Below are positions 1 to 10,703 of a stretch of 64,000 nt of DNA, in pieces. Made by a program: the position numbers and the translations under genes. The DNA is from Escherichia coli. GTDB taxonomy: Bacteria; Pseudomonadota; Gammaproteobacteria; Enterobacterales; Enterobacteriaceae. The notes below the pieces were generated by a model, which saw nothing but the letters and a program-made list of their open reading frames with translations, was not told the DNA's origin and did not search any database. Positions within the stretch are counted from its first letter, which is position 1. Every line of letters starts with the position of its first letter. Location of the stretch: assembly GCF_002854065.1 (NCBI RefSeq), contig NZ_CP024147.1, one strand, 5' to 3'.

Positions 1-640
1 GAGCGATGCTGCCTCACTGAATTCGGTGACGGAAGCGAATCAGCAAAAACCCCTGCTTGGCCTGTTTGCTGACGGCAATATGCCAGTGCGCTGGCTAGGA
101 CCGAAAGCAACGTACCATGGCAATATCGATAAGCCCGCAGTCACCTGTACGCCTAATCCGCAACGTAATGACAGTGTACCAACCCTGGCGCAGATGACCG
201 ACAAAGCCATTGAATTGTTGAGTAAAAATGAGAAAGGCTTTTTCCTGCAAGTTGAAGGTGCGTCAATCGATAAACAGGATCATGCTGCGAATCCTTGTGG
301 GCAAATTGGCGAGACGGTCGATCTCGATGAAGCCGTACAACGGGCGCTGGAATTCGCTAAAAAGGAGGGTAACACGCTGGTCATAGTCACCGCTGATCAC
401 GCCCACGCCAGCCAGATTGTTGCGCCGGATACCAAAGCTCCGGGCCTCACCCAGGCGCTAAATACCAAAGATGGCGCAGTGATGGTGATGAGTTACGGGA
501 ACTCCGAAGAGGATTCACAAGAACATACAGGCAGTCAGTTGCGTATTGCGGCGTATGGCCCGCATGCCGCCAATGTCGTTGGACTGACCGACCAGACCGA
601 TCTCTTCTACACCATGAAAGCCGCTCTGGGGCTGAAATAA
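1..640 (+). CDS. phoA: alkaline phosphatase, 3' partial (reading frame enters from upstream of window; codons begin at position 2)
   Basis: Translation ...[31 protein letters not shown]...[11 protein letters not shown]...[10 protein letters not shown] matches PhoA C-terminus; stop TAA at 638-640. Confidence 0.95.
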   Translation, partial: SDAASLNSVTEANQQKPLLGLFADGNMPVRWLGPKATYHGNIDKPAVTCTPNPQRNDSVPTLAQMTDKAIELLSKNEKGFFLQVEGASIDKQDHAANPCGQIGETVDLDEAVQRALEFAKKEGNTLVIVTADHAHASQIVAPDTKAPGLTQALNTKDGAVMVMSYGNSEEDSQEHTGSQLRIAAYGPHAANVVGLTDQTDLFYTMKAALGLK

Positions 641-644
641 AACC

Positions 645-683
645 GCGCCCGGCAGTGAATTTTCGCTGCCGGGTGGTTTTTTT
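645..683 (+). terminator. rho-independent terminator after phoA
   Basis: GC stem cccggcag / ctgccggg followed by T7 run immediately after phoA stop. Confidence 0.6.
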
Positions 684-757
684 GCTGTTAGCAACCAGAC
701 TTAATGGCAGATCACGGGCGCAAACGCTCATGGTTAAACATGAAGAGGGATGGTGCG

Positions 758-1078
758 ATGAAAATTACATTACTGGTTACCTTGCTTTTCGGTCTGGTTT
801 TTTTAACCACCGTCGGCGCTGCCGAGAGAACCTTAACCCCACAACAACAGCGTATGACCTCCTGTAATCAGCAGGCGACGGCACAGGCGTTGAAAGGGGA
901 TGCTCGTAAGAACTACATGAGTGATTGCCTGAAGAACAGCAAGTCTGCGCCTGGTGAAAAAAGTTTGACGCCACAGCAGCAAAAGATGCGCGAATGTAAT
1001 AATCAAGCAACGCAACAATCACTGAAAGGTGATGATCGTAATAAGTTTATGAGTGCCTGCCTCAAGAAAGCCGCCTGA
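758..1078 (+). CDS. psiF: phosphate-starvation inducible protein PsiF (signal peptide, two TPQQQ repeats)
   Basis: ORF 704-1078; start set at internal MKITLLVTLLFGLVFLTTVGA signal peptide with GAGGG RBS upstream; duplicated LTPQQQ(R/K)M..CN.QAT motif. Confidence 0.88.
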   Translation: MKITLLVTLLFGLVFLTTVGAAERTLTPQQQRMTSCNQQATAQALKGDARKNYMSDCLKNSKSAPGEKSLTPQQQKMRECNNQATQQSLKGDDRNKFMSACLKKAA

Positions 1079-1179
1079 TACCTGATAGTGCTAACGGGTG
1101 AGCTACGAAAATGGCTCACCCGAAATTTCATACTTCTGCCTTTAGCCCCGTCTCTATAATTTGGGAAAATTGTTTCTGA

Positions 1180-2295
1180 ATGTTCCCAAAAATAATGAAT
1201 GATGAAAACTTTTTCAAAAAAGCGGCGGCGCATGGGGAGGAACCTCCTTTAACTCCTCAAAACGAACATCAGCGGTCCGGGCTGCGCTTCGCCCGTCGCG
1301 TCAGACTACCCCGTGCGGTTGGCCTGGCTGGCATGTTCTTACCGATTGCTTCAACGCTGGTTTCACACCCGCCGCCGGGCTGGTGGTGGCTGGTGTTGGT
1401 CGGCTGGGCGTTCGTCTGGCCGCATTTAGCCTGGCAGATAGCGAGCAGGGCCGTCGATCCGCTTAGCCGGGAAATTTACAACTTAAAAACCGATGCAGTA
1501 TTAGCGGGAATGTGGGTAGGCGTAATGGGCGTAAACGTGCTGCCTTCCACCGCGATGTTGATGATTATGTGTCTGAATTTGATGGGGGCAGGCGGCCCCC
1601 GTCTGTTTGTCGCGGGTCTGGTGTTGATGGTGGTTTCCTGCCTTGTCACCCTCGAGCTGACGGGCATTACCGTGTCGTTCAATAGTGCGCCGCTGGAATG
1701 GTGGCTCTCCCTTCCCATTATTGTCATTTATCCTCTGCTGTTTGGCTGGGTCAGCTACCAGACGGCGACTAAACTGGCGGAACATAAACGCAGGTTGCAG
1801 GTCATGAGTACCCGCGACGGCATGACGGGCGTGTATAACCGACGTCATTGGGAAACTATGTTACGCAATGAATTTGATAACTGTCGGCGGCATAATCGCG
1901 ATGCAACGTTACTGATTATCGATATCGACCATTTCAAGAGCATCAACGATACCTGGGGCCATGATGTGGGCGATGAAGCGATTGTGGCGCTTACCCGACA
2001 GTTACAAATTACCCTGCGCGGTAGCGATGTGATTGGTCGGTTTGGCGGCGATGAGTTTGCAGTAATCATGTCCGGTACGCCAGCTGAGAGCGCCATTACC
2101 GCCATGTTACGGGTGCATGAAGGGCTAAATACATTACGTTTGCCGAATACGCCACAGGTAACTTTACGGATTAGTGTGGGGGTTGCGCCGCTGAACCCAC
2201 AAATGAGTCACTATCGTGAGTGGTTGAAATCGGCAGATTTGGCGCTTTACAAAGCAAAGAAAGCCGGACGTAACCGCACCGAAGTGGCGGCCTGA
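1180..2295 (+). CDS. dgcC: diguanylate cyclase (GGDEF domain, membrane-anchored), AdrA/YaiC
   Basis: 371 aa; N-terminal TM segments then RFGGDEF motif and DIDHFKSINDTWGH signature. Confidence 0.9.
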   Translation: MFPKIMNDENFFKKAAAHGEEPPLTPQNEHQRSGLRFARRVRLPRAVGLAGMFLPIASTLVSHPPPGWWWLVLVGWAFVWPHLAWQIASRAVDPLSREIYNLKTDAVLAGMWVGVMGVNVLPSTAMLMIMCLNLMGAGGPRLFVAGLVLMVVSCLVTLELTGITVSFNSAPLEWWLSLPIIVIYPLLFGWVSYQTATKLAEHKRRLQVMSTRDGMTGVYNRRHWETMLRNEFDNCRRHNRDATLLIIDIDHFKSINDTWGHDVGDEAIVALTRQLQITLRGSDVIGRFGGDEFAVIMSGTPAESAITAMLRVHEGLNTLRLPNTPQVTLRISVGVAPLNPQMSHYREWLKSADLALYKAKKAGRNRTEVAA

Positions 2296-2311
2296 CGTCC
2301 GGCGAAAGTCA

Positions 2312-3121
2312 TCAGGATTTGCTGAGTTTTTCTGATTTTTCCATACACTTCGTCATCGCTTCGATCACTGCAGCACGGAAGCCTTTCTCTTCCAGTACGC
2401 GTACCGCTTCAATGGTGGTGCCTCCCGGTGAGCAGACCATATCTTTCAGTGCCCCCGGATGTTCTCCCGTTTCCAGCACCATTTTTGCGGAACCCATTAC
2501 CGCCTGAGCGGCAAATTTATACGCCTGGGCACGTGGCATCCCGCCCAGCACGGCGGCGTCGGCCATCGCTTCGATAAACATAAAGACGTAGGCTGGCGAA
2601 GAACCGCTCACACCGACCACCGGGTGGATCATCGGCTCAGCAATTACTTCCGCTTCGCCAAAGCAGCGGAAAATATTCAGCACATCAGCGGTATCTTCTG
2701 GGGTTACCAGCGCGTTTGGCGTTACCGAGGTCATCCCGGCATTAACCAGCGCGGGAGTGTTCGGCATGGCGCGGATAATTTTCCGGTCATGGCCCAGCGC
2801 GCGGGCAAGCTGGTCGAGCGTGACACCTGCAGCAATAGAAACGACCAGAGAGTCTTTATTCAGGCTGGAGGTGATTTCGCTAAGCACTTTAATCATGATG
2901 CCAGGTTTAACGGCAGCAAAAATGATGTCGGCGATTTGCGCCACTTCTTGCGCCGATTCTGCGGCGTTGATGCCGAACTGGTCATGCAGGGCGGCGACTT
3001 TATCCGGGGAGGGGGTGTATACCCAGATTTGCCCTGGAAGCACCTGACCGCTGGCAATCAGACCGCCGAGAATGGCTTTTCCCATATTGCCGCAGCCAAT
3101 AAAACCGATTTTCTTTTCCAT
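2312..3121 (-). CDS. proC: pyrroline-5-carboxylate reductase
   Basis: [21 protein letters not shown]... 269 aa; ORF track start 3229 trimmed to ATG at 3119-3121 matching known ProC N-terminus. Confidence 0.95.
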   Translation of the reverse strand: MEKKIGFIGCGNMGKAILGGLIASGQVLPGQIWVYTPSPDKVAALHDQFGINAAESAQEVAQIADIIFAAVKPGIMIKVLSEITSSLNKDSLVVSIAAGVTLDQLARALGHDRKIIRAMPNTPALVNAGMTSVTPNALVTPEDTADVLNIFRCFGEAEVIAEPMIHPVVGVSGSSPAYVFMFIEAMADAAVLGGMPRAQAYKFAAQAVMGSAKMVLETGEHPGALKDMVCSPGGTTIEAVRVLEEKGFRAAVIEAMTKCMEKSEKLSKS

Positions 3122-3240
3122 TGCCTCACTCCTGCCGTGAAATTCATTGTTTTGATAATCGCTGGCAGAAGCATAAACAGAACTATGCCGGAAGGCAAAA
3201 GCGCGACACAATAGAGGATTACCCAACAAAGGATGACTTT

Positions 3241-3699
3241 ATGACAATTTGGGTGGATGCCGACGCGTGTCCCAATGTAATTAAAGAGATTTTGTATCGC
3301 GCGGCGGAACGTATGCAGATGCCGCTGGTACTGGTAGCAAACCAGAGTTTACGCGTGCCGCCATCGCGATTTATTCGTACGCTGCGCGTCGCGGCAGGTT
3401 TCGACGTTGCCGATAACGAAATTGTCCGGCAGTGTGAAGCGGGCGATTTGGTGATCACCGCAGATATACCTTTGGCTGCTGAAGCCATCGAGAAAGGCGC
3501 TGCGGCGCTTAATCCGCGCGGTGAACGTTACACGCCAGCGACCATTCGTGAGCGCCTGACGATGCGCGATTTTATGGATACCTTACGTGCCAGTGGGATC
3601 CAGACCGGCGGACCAGATAGCCTTTCACAACGTGACCGCCAGGCCTTTGCCGCGGAGCTGGAGAAGTGGTGGCTGGAATTGCAACGTAGTCGTGGCTAA
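3241..3699 (+). CDS. yaiI: UPF0178 family protein YaiI
   Basis: [35 protein letters not shown]...; ATG at 3241 preceded by AAAGGA RBS. Confidence 0.88.
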   Translation: MTIWVDADACPNVIKEILYRAAERMQMPLVLVANQSLRVPPSRFIRTLRVAAGFDVADNEIVRQCEAGDLVITADIPLAAEAIEKGAAALNPRGERYTPATIRERLTMRDFMDTLRASGIQTGGPDSLSQRDRQAFAAELEKWWLELQRSRG

Positions 3700-3700
3700 A

Positions 3701-3718
3701 TGTAATTTATTATTTACA
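3701..3718. promoter_or_regulatory. TyrR box (TGTAAT-N6-TTTACA) in aroL control region
   Basis: tgtaatttattatttaca matches TyrR box consensus TGTAAA-N6-TTTACA; aroL is a known TyrR regulon member. Confidence 0.55.
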
Positions 3719-3776
3719 CTTCATTCTTGAATATTTATTGGTATAGTAAGGGATGTATTGAGATTTTCACTTTAAG

Positions 3777-3794
3777 TGGAATTTTTTCTTTACA
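3777..3794. promoter_or_regulatory. second TyrR-box-like site upstream of aroL
   Basis: tggaattttttctttaca (TGGAAT-N6-TTTACA); a gtactagtt TrpR-like half-site follows at about 3804-3812. Confidence 0.45.
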
Positions 3795-3881
3795 ATCGAA
3801 ATTGTACTAGTTTGATGGTATGATCGCTATTCTCATGACACCGGCTTTCGCCGCATTGCGACCTATTGGGGAAAACCCACG

Positions 3882-4406
3882 ATGACACAACCTCTTTTTC
3901 TGATCGGGCCTCGGGGCTGTGGTAAAACAACGGTCGGAATGGCCCTTGCCGATTCGCTTAACCGTCGGTTTGTCGATACCGATCAGTGGTTGCAATCACA
4001 GCTCAATATGACGGTCGCGGAGATCGTCGAAAGGGAAGAGTGGGCGGGATTTCGCGCCAGAGAAACGGCGGCGCTGGAAGCGGTAACTGCGCCATCCACC
4101 GTTATCGCTACAGGCGGCGGCATTATTCTGACGGAATTTAATCGTCACTTCATGAAAAATAACGGGATCGTGGTTTATTTGTGTGCGCCAGTATCAGTCC
4201 TGGTTAACCGACTGCAAGCTGCACCGGAAGAAGATTTACGGCCAACCTTAACGGGAAAACCGCTGAGCGAAGAAGTTCAGGAAGTGCTGGAAGAACGCGA
4301 TGCGCTATATCGCGAAGTTGCGCATATTATCATCGACGCAACAAACGAACCCAGCCAGGTGATTTCTGAAATTCGCAGCGCCCTGGCACAGACGATCAAT
4401 TGTTGA
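3882..4406 (+). CDS. aroL: shikimate kinase II
   Basis: [26 protein letters not shown]... Walker A motif; 174 aa. Confidence 0.95.
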   Translation: MTQPLFLIGPRGCGKTTVGMALADSLNRRFVDTDQWLQSQLNMTVAEIVEREEWAGFRARETAALEAVTAPSTVIATGGGIILTEFNRHFMKNNGIVVYLCAPVSVLVNRLQAAPEEDLRPTLTGKPLSEEVQEVLEERDALYREVAHIIIDATNEPSQVISEIRSALAQTINC

Positions 4407-4446
4407 TTTTCGAGCGCCTATACTTAACGTTCATCCCGTGAAATAA

Positions 4447-4647
<201 letters not shown>

Positions 4648-4904
4648 CCGCATCAGACTGCTCGGAAGGGATTCTGAGTGCCACTACAAGGGATCTGCGT
4701 CACATTTTTCATAATTCATGTTTTTCAAATAATTAGAATATTAAACAATAACAATCCATTACTGGAATCATTTGGAATCTTTACATTATGCCGTGCACGT
4801 CTGCTGCTACGCTTTTTGTCATTTGTAGCACAAGTAAGTGTCAGCAGTGGTGCTTAACACTTGCCCGGTAATTAACGACGAAATAAAAGTAAGGTGGAAG
4901 AACA

Positions 4905-5582
4905 ATGAGTGCGTCGTTGGCGATCCTGACCATCGGCATTGTACCTATGCAGGAAGTTTTGCCGCTCCTGACAGAATACATTGACGAAGATAATATTTCC
5001 CATCATAGCCTGCTGGGGAAGTTAAGCCGCGAAGAAGTGATGGCGGAGTACGCGCCAGAAGCAGGCGAAGACACAATTCTCACATTATTAAATGACAACC
5101 ATCTGGCCCATGTTTCGCGTCGCAAAGTAGAGCGTGACCTGCAAGGTGTGGTTGAAGTGCTCGATAATCAGGGCTACGACGTCATTATATTAATGAGTAC
5201 GGCAAACATTAGTAGTATGACTGCGCGTAATACGATCTTTCTTGAGCCGTCGCGGATATTGCCACCGCTGGTTTCCTCTATTGTTGAAGATCATCAGGTG
5301 GGGGTTATCGTACCGGTTGAGGAGTTGCTGACCGTTCAGGCGCAAAAATGGCAAATTTTGCAGAAACCGCCGGTATTTTCATTGGGTAACCCCATTCATG
5401 ATTCAGAACAAAAAATCATTGATGCCGGGAAAGAATTACTGGCGAAAGGCGCAGATGTCATCATGCTGGATTGTTTGGGATTTAACCAGCGTCATCGCGA
5501 TTTACTGCAAAAACAGCTCGATGTTCCTGTCTTGCTCTCTAACGTATTGATTGCACGGTTGGCTGCGGAATTACTGGTGTAA
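4905..5582 (+). CDS. aroM: AroM family protein
   Basis: 225-aa [25 protein letters not shown]...; RBS AAGGTGGAAG. Confidence 0.9.
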   Translation: MSASLAILTIGIVPMQEVLPLLTEYIDEDNISHHSLLGKLSREEVMAEYAPEAGEDTILTLLNDNHLAHVSRRKVERDLQGVVEVLDNQGYDVIILMSTANISSMTARNTIFLEPSRILPPLVSSIVEDHQVGVIVPVEELLTVQAQKWQILQKPPVFSLGNPIHDSEQKIIDAGKELLAKGADVIMLDCLGFNQRHRDLLQKQLDVPVLLSNVLIARLAAELLV

Positions 5583-5653
5583 TTTTGCGTGACAGCCAGC
5601 GCCTCTGGCCCCTATAGTGAAGTAGATGTTCAACTACCAGACAGGGCCAGTTT

Positions 5654-5938
5654 ATGCTTCAAAGTAATGAGTACTTTTCCGGCAAAGTGAAATCGATCGG
5701 CTTTTCCAGCAGCAGCACTGGTCGCGCCAGCGTGGGTGTTATGGTTGAAGGCGAATACACCTTCAGCACCGCTGAGCCGGAAGAAATGACGGTAATCAGT
5801 GGCGCGCTGAATGTGTTACTGCCTGACGCGACCGACTGGCAAGTGTATGAAGCCGGTTCGGTGTTTAATGTTCCCGGTCACAGTGAGTTTCATCTGCAAG
5901 TTGCCGAACCCACCTCTTATCTGTGCCGCTATCTGTAA
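5654..5938 (+). CDS. ppnP: pyrimidine/purine nucleoside phosphorylase PpnP (YaiE)
   Basis: 94-aa [17 protein letters not shown]... matches YaiE/PpnP. Confidence 0.9.
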
Positions 5939-6292
5939 TTCCTCGCCTTCCCCTTGAACGGGAGGGCATTTTTCTGAAATATCCTCTCTTTAACCCATAA
6001 TAATATTTCCTTTGCTGCGATTTTTTCAATTTCCGATATATTCATAATTCATCAAGGTTGATATAAATATCATTGAAGATTATGAATAGAATTAATATAT
6101 TGGTCATCTGTATGGTCGTATTTTTTATGACTGGCAATGCATGCGCCACAGAGTGGATCAGTAGCGAGGAGCTTATCACCTCTGACTTTCATCTTATGAC
6201 GGCAGATGAGCGCAACGTGGTTAAAGCGGCAACCGACGATAGTATGGAAGCTGCTTATATGCTAAAAGATAATATCCGCTGGTATTATCATA

Positions 6293-6301
6293 ATGGTGAC
6301 C
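6293..6301. repeat. 9-bp target site duplication (ATGGTGACC), left copy
   Basis: Identical 9-mer immediately flanks both IS1 ends. Confidence 0.85.
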
Positions 6302-6356
6302 GGTGATGCTGCCAACTTACTGATTTAGTGTATGATGGTGTTTTTGAGGTGCTCCA

Positions 6357-6632
6357 GTGGCTTCTGTTTCTATCAGCTGTCCCTCCTGTTCAGCTACTGA
6401 CGGGGTGGTGCGTAACGGCAAAAGCACTGCCGGACATCAGCGCTATCTCTGCTCTCACTGCCGTAAAACATGGCAACTGCAGTTCACTTACACCGCTTCT
6501 CAACCCGGTACGCACCAGAAAATCATTGATATGGCCATGAATGGCGTTGGATGCCGGGCAACCGCCCGCATTATGGGCGTTGGCCTCAACACGATTTTCC
6601 GCCATTTAAAAAACTCAGGCCGCAGTCGGTAA
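6357..6632 (+). CDS. insA: IS1 InsA (transposition inhibitor / N-terminal part of transposase)
   Basis: [46 protein letters not shown]... ; GTG start. Confidence 0.95.
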   Translation: MASVSISCPSCSATDGVVRNGKSTAGHQRYLCSHCRKTWQLQFTYTASQPGTHQKIIDMAMNGVGCRATARIMGVGLNTIFRHLKNSGRSR

Positions 6633-7054
6633 CCTCGCGCATACAGCCGGGCAGTGACGTCATCGTCTGCGCGGAAATGGACGAACAGTGGGGATACGTC
6701 GGGGCTAAATCGCGCCAGCGCTGGCTGTTTTACGCGTATGACAGGCTCCGGAAGACGGTTGTTGCGCACGTATTCGGTGAACGCACTATGGCGACGCTGG
6801 GGCGTCTTATGAGCCTGCTGTCACCCTTTGACGTGGTGATATGGATGACGGATGGCTGGCCGCTGTATGAATCCCGCCTGAAGGGAAAGCTGCACGTAAT
6901 CAGCAAGCGATATACGCAGCGAATTGAGCGGCATAACCTGAATCTGAGGCAGCACCTGGCACGGCTGGGACGGAAGTCGCTGTCGTTCTCAAAATCGGTG
7001 GAGCTGCATGACAAAGTCATCGGGCATTATCTGAACATAAAACACTATCAATAA
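6551..7054 (+). CDS. insB: IS1 InsB' frame (expressed as InsAB' fusion by programmed -1 frameshift at the A6C motif near 6606-6615)
   Basis: ...[26 protein letters not shown]...HYLNIKHYQ* ; TTTAAAAAAC slippery run in insA/insB overlap. Confidence 0.9.
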   Translation: MPGNRPHYGRWPQHDFPPFKKLRPQSVTSRIQPGSDVIVCAEMDEQWGYVGAKSRQRWLFYAYDRLRKTVVAHVFGERTMATLGRLMSLLSPFDVVIWMTDGWPLYESRLKGKLHVISKRYTQRIERHNLNLRQHLARLGRKSLSFSKSVELHDKVIGHYLNIKHYQ

Positions 7055-7069
7055 GTTGGAGTCATTACC

Positions 7070-7078
7070 ATGGTGACC
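7070..7078. repeat. 9-bp target site duplication (ATGGTGACC), right copy
   Basis: Identical to 6293-6301. Confidence 0.85.
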
Positions 7079-9134
7079 TATCATTACCCGCTAACTTCAG
7101 CAATCAAAATAAACTGGTGGTGAACGGTAATTTAACGATTTCCGGCGATTATGATGATTATCTGTCAGGTAATGGTCATCTGATTGTATTAGGTAATGTT
7201 ATTGTCGATAACTTTATTAATCATGATTTCGCGTATGTCAAAGGACAGATGACCGCGAAAGGTTTAGTTTATGCTGATTACAATGATCATAACTTTGAAG
7301 TGATGAAGGGAATTAGTGCGCGAGGCATTATTGTTTCCGATAAAGCAACGCAATTTGAAGTCATTAAAGCTGAATTTTATATCAATGAAGATGGAAGTGG
7401 TGAAGGATATAACTGGGATGAGAATATTCAAAAAGCCTATTCACTGGTGACTGCCGATCTTTATGATCACACTGAAATCGAAACCGATAACATTTCCAAT
7501 GCGTATCCTGACTATGATAGCGTCGCAGACAACATCGTTCAGGGTTTACCGCTTTTTCGAGATAAAGCCGCTCCTGAAATTAATGAGAAATTAAAATGGA
7601 TTGAAACGGGGAAACTCGATAATTTCCCAGCGAATAAAATAAAGCATCAAGATCCACTGGTGGCACGTTTGCTGACTCATACAGAGAGTTTATCACCCGC
7701 CGTTATGCTGCAACTGTTACAGCACCCCGATGACCAGACGCGTGAATCGATGGCGCAGTCCTGGCCCGCTCAACAGATGCATTTGCTTACCGATGAATTA
7801 ATTAAAGATGAGGCTGTTGCCAGAGGGCTGGTTAAAAACAGTAATATTTCCGCCGATGTGAATAAAAAATTAATGTCTGTACCCGTCGAGAGCGTACAGC
7901 TGGAGCAGGCCAGACAGGATAATCTTTCTCCAGATATTGTTGCGTCGTTAAGTCATAGCCCCTTTCTCAGTGTACGCAAGACATTACTCAGCCATTACGA
8001 TTACGCCTGGCTGGTTCCGACTGCAGTGGCCGATGAGTTGATAAATAACGAAGACCCGGAGTTACGTGAAAGAATTACCGGAGCAGATTTAACCGCACAA
8101 CAAGCAGTGATGTTGAGTAAAGATAAATCACTGAAAGTTCGTGAAGCATTAGCCCGGACGCTTACTGAATTAAAAATTACCCAACTGTCAGCAACCCTGC
8201 GTACAGAGGATATTGAACGTATCGCAGAACAAATGTATCTGGATAATAAAGAAAATAAAAATATCGTAAAGGCGTTATTGATAGCGTTGCCGGAGATGCG
8301 TCAACTGTCTCTGGCAAAAGAAGATGTGCACAATTTGCGCGAAGGTGCGCGTTATCTGACATCGAAGGACGTGATTAGTTATCTATTGACTCAGCATGAT
8401 GTTCCCACCGTCTGGGATGAGCTGGCACGCGATAAATTATTGCCGCTGGAATATAAGAAACAGTTATGGCAACGCACATTAAATTTAATGATGAGCAAAC
8501 GGCAAGAAGATCAAGAGCAAGCCTACGAAGTACAGCTGGCGCTGATTGATAATGGTGTTGTTGACGAAGAGATGTTAAATAATGCCATTGATTTACTGGT
8601 TGATTTACCCGCTGAATACCGCTATCGAATGCGTAACCAATTATTTGATAATAAAGATTTATCTTCCGGAATTATCAACAAACTCGATCAACAGTATCGC
8701 TTCAACTCTGACTGGGCGCTGTCTGTTGTCAGTATGAAAAATAGCACCCGTAGGCAAAGTGAAAGAGGATTACACCGCTGGAACCGTGAGGATAGCGATA
8801 TTTTTGCAGAACTGGCGACGATAAAAGATAAATCAGATGATGAATGGTGGCGTGCATTGCTGCAAAGTCGCAATGATCATTTGCGCCAAACGGCATTACG
8901 CAACGCACATACCCCGGCGTCGTTGTTAACGACATTGACTGAGCCTCAGGATCGGTCGCTGGCTATTAATAATCCACAGCTGGCTGCCGATGTGAAAACG
9001 GCGTGGTTAAAAGAGGATCCATCATTACTCTTATTTGTCGAACAACCCGATCTTTCGCTGTTACGTGATTTAGTGAAAACCGGGGCAACGCGGAAAATTT
9101 GCAGTGAAGCGCGTCACCGGCTTGAGGAAAAACA

Positions 9135-9590
9135 ATGACACAACGTCCATGGAGCAAGTTACAGCGGGAGATCTATGACTTACTGACGCCAACGATCAAC
9201 CTGCAAATTCACTGTACCCGTTATCCCATGCGCAGCCAAAATGGTGGAAGCACCGATTTACCGCGTTATTGGATCACGTTGGATAAAAACGTGATCTGGG
9301 ATTACCCGAAAGACTTTATTGCAGGTAACGGTGGAGTGCGTAATTTTCACGGTGAAACTTGCTGGTATCCTTACCTGACGGATATTTGTTCAATTTCTGA
9401 TTTATTGCGTGAATATATTGACACCCCAAAAGCGGAGTTGTTAACAAAACAATTTACCAGCGATAAATGGGGGTTAGTGAATATTCTGCGTGCTGCTGAC
9501 AGGCGAATAGGGATGAGGCGATTAGATCAGTTACGGCGTAAAACGCATAATATTGCTGCGCTAAAAATTATTGCCCGCCGTAGCGAATAA
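9135..9590 (+). CDS. hypothetical protein, 151 aa, translationally coupled to upstream repeat-protein gene
   Basis: ATG overlaps upstream stop (ATGA at 9135-9138); no motif recognised; [17 protein letters not shown]... Confidence 0.6.
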   Translation: MTQRPWSKLQREIYDLLTPTINLQIHCTRYPMRSQNGGSTDLPRYWITLDKNVIWDYPKDFIAGNGGVRNFHGETCWYPYLTDICSISDLLREYIDTPKAELLTKQFTSDKWGLVNILRAADRRIGMRRLDQLRRKTHNIAALKIIARRSE

Positions 9591-9595
9591 TTATA

Positions 9596-9655
9596 TGCCT
9601 GGTGTGGCTTCGTACGCCGGATAAGACGCGGCAGGCGTCGCATCCGGCATTAAAG
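9596..9655. repeat. REP (repetitive extragenic palindrome) element
   Basis: gccggataagacgcggcaggcgtcgcatccggc, typical REP palindrome in convergent intergenic gap. Confidence 0.5.
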
Positions 9656-9667
9656 GAAAATCAGCAA

Positions 9668-10579
9668 TTAACGTTGTGCTTCGCCACCTAATCCTTCAAT
9701 CAGGTTTTGAATTAACGCTGCCAGTTCACCAGTCATCAGGATGAAATCGGCATCAAAATGCTGGGCGAAATCTTCACGGTCGATATCTTCGTTTTGATCG
9801 CGCAGCTCGTCGCAGAACTTCAGACGCTTGAGCGAACCATCGTCGCACATCACAAACTGAATGCGCTGCTGCCAGTCGAGCGCCAGTTTAGTCACCACTT
9901 TTCCGGCTTCAATGTGATTGGTGATCTCTTCGCTGGTCAGATCTTGTTTCTTCGCGCGGATCACGCCGCCATCTTCCAGCAACGATTTCAGCTCGGCTTC
10001 ATCAAGCAGCTGGAAGCCCTGTGCCGCACTACCGGAGCGAACCCATTCGGTCAACGTCAGTTCAATCGGGTTTTCCATGCTCAATGGTACAACCGGTAAC
10101 GACCCCAGGCTTTTACGCAGCAGTGCCAGCGTATCTTCCGCTTTTTTGGCACTGGCGCAGTCCACCATAATCAAACCGTTAACCGTGTCGATCCACATCA
10201 TTGTCTGGCTAAAACGGCTGAAAGCACGCGGCAACAGAGAGTGCAGCACTTCGTCTTTCAGCGAATCTTTTTCGGTTTTCTTCAGCTTACGCGCCTGTTC
10301 CGCTTCCAGTTTGGCGATTTTCGCTTCCAGCGCCTGCTTAATCACCGGAGACGGGAGGATTTTTTCTTCTTTGCGCGCGCAGATAACAATTTGACCATTG
10401 GCAACGTGCGTTAACGCATCGCTGTGCGATCCCATCGGAGGAACCCAGCCCATCTTCGCCATGTCCTGGCTGCCGCATGGGGTAAATGCCATCGAGGCTA
10501 GCTGTTTTTCCATCTCTTCTGCACGCAGCGAAATCTCGCGGCTAAGACGGTAAACCATTAAATTTTTGAACCACAGCAT
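9668..10579 (-). CDS. rdgC: recombination-associated protein RdgC
   Basis: [28 protein letters not shown]... 303 aa; start trimmed from ORF track to ATG at 10577-10579. Confidence 0.95.
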   Translation of the reverse strand: MLWFKNLMVYRLSREISLRAEEMEKQLASMAFTPCGSQDMAKMGWVPPMGSHSDALTHVANGQIVICARKEEKILPSPVIKQALEAKIAKLEAEQARKLKKTEKDSLKDEVLHSLLPRAFSRFSQTMMWIDTVNGLIMVDCASAKKAEDTLALLRKSLGSLPVVPLSMENPIELTLTEWVRSGSAAQGFQLLDEAELKSLLEDGGVIRAKKQDLTSEEITNHIEAGKVVTKLALDWQQRIQFVMCDDGSLKRLKFCDELRDQNEDIDREDFAQHFDADFILMTGELAALIQNLIEGLGGEAQR

Positions 10580-10703
10580 GATAATTTCCACGGCCTTGTC
10601 GTTAAATTTAGCGGGCATGATAACGAATTGTCGGCGGCCTTGCATTGCCAATCCGGTTGTCCGTCTCTACGCTATTGATATTGAAAAAAATAAGGAGAGT
10701 ACC

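Larger units (their letters stand above)
6302..7069 (+). mobile_element. IS1 insertion sequence, 768 bp, complete
   Basis: Terminal inverted repeats GGTGATGCTGCCAACTTACTGAT ... ATCAATAAGTTGGAGTCATTACC; encodes InsA and InsB'; flanked by 9-bp direct repeats. Confidence 0.95.
6073..9138 (+). pseudogene. secreted repeat protein gene (762 codons when reconstructed) interrupted by IS1 after codon 76; N-terminal fragment 6073-6306, C-terminal frame 7079-9138 (track ORF 7117-9138)
   Basis: Excising 6302-7078 (IS1 plus one TSD copy) joins the two ORFs in frame: ...YYHNGD|LSLPANFSNQNKLVVNGNLTISGD...; signal peptide MKIMNRINILVICMVVFFMTGNACA; HEAT/LRV-like repeats in C-terminal two thirds. Confidence 0.75.

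Noticed and set aside
2459-3214. 251-aa plus-strand ORF overlapping proC
   Set aside because: Antisense to proC, whose product is recognised residue by residue; no RBS.
3121-3699. N-terminally extended versions of yaiI (192 aa), proC (305 aa), ribE (188 aa), yajQ (219 aa), tsx, yajI, yajG, cyoD, cyoE, sbcD, rdgC, araJ, mak, secF, bolA and yajC as given by the ORF track
   Set aside because: The track reports maximal ORFs; I trimmed each to the internal start that matches the known protein N-terminus and has a plausible RBS, verified at the nucleotide level.
6328-6605. Additional short ORFs inside IS1 (6328-6540 plus, 6390-6605 minus, 6500-6769 minus, 6730-7020 minus)
   Set aside because: Overlap the established insA/insB' frames of IS1; not known IS1 products.
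7117-9138. 673-aa ORF treated as an independent intact gene
   Set aside because: It is the C-terminal part of the IS1-interrupted gene: the frame continues without stops back to the IS1 junction and joins the 6073 ORF in frame once IS1 is removed; the GTG at 7117 is internal.
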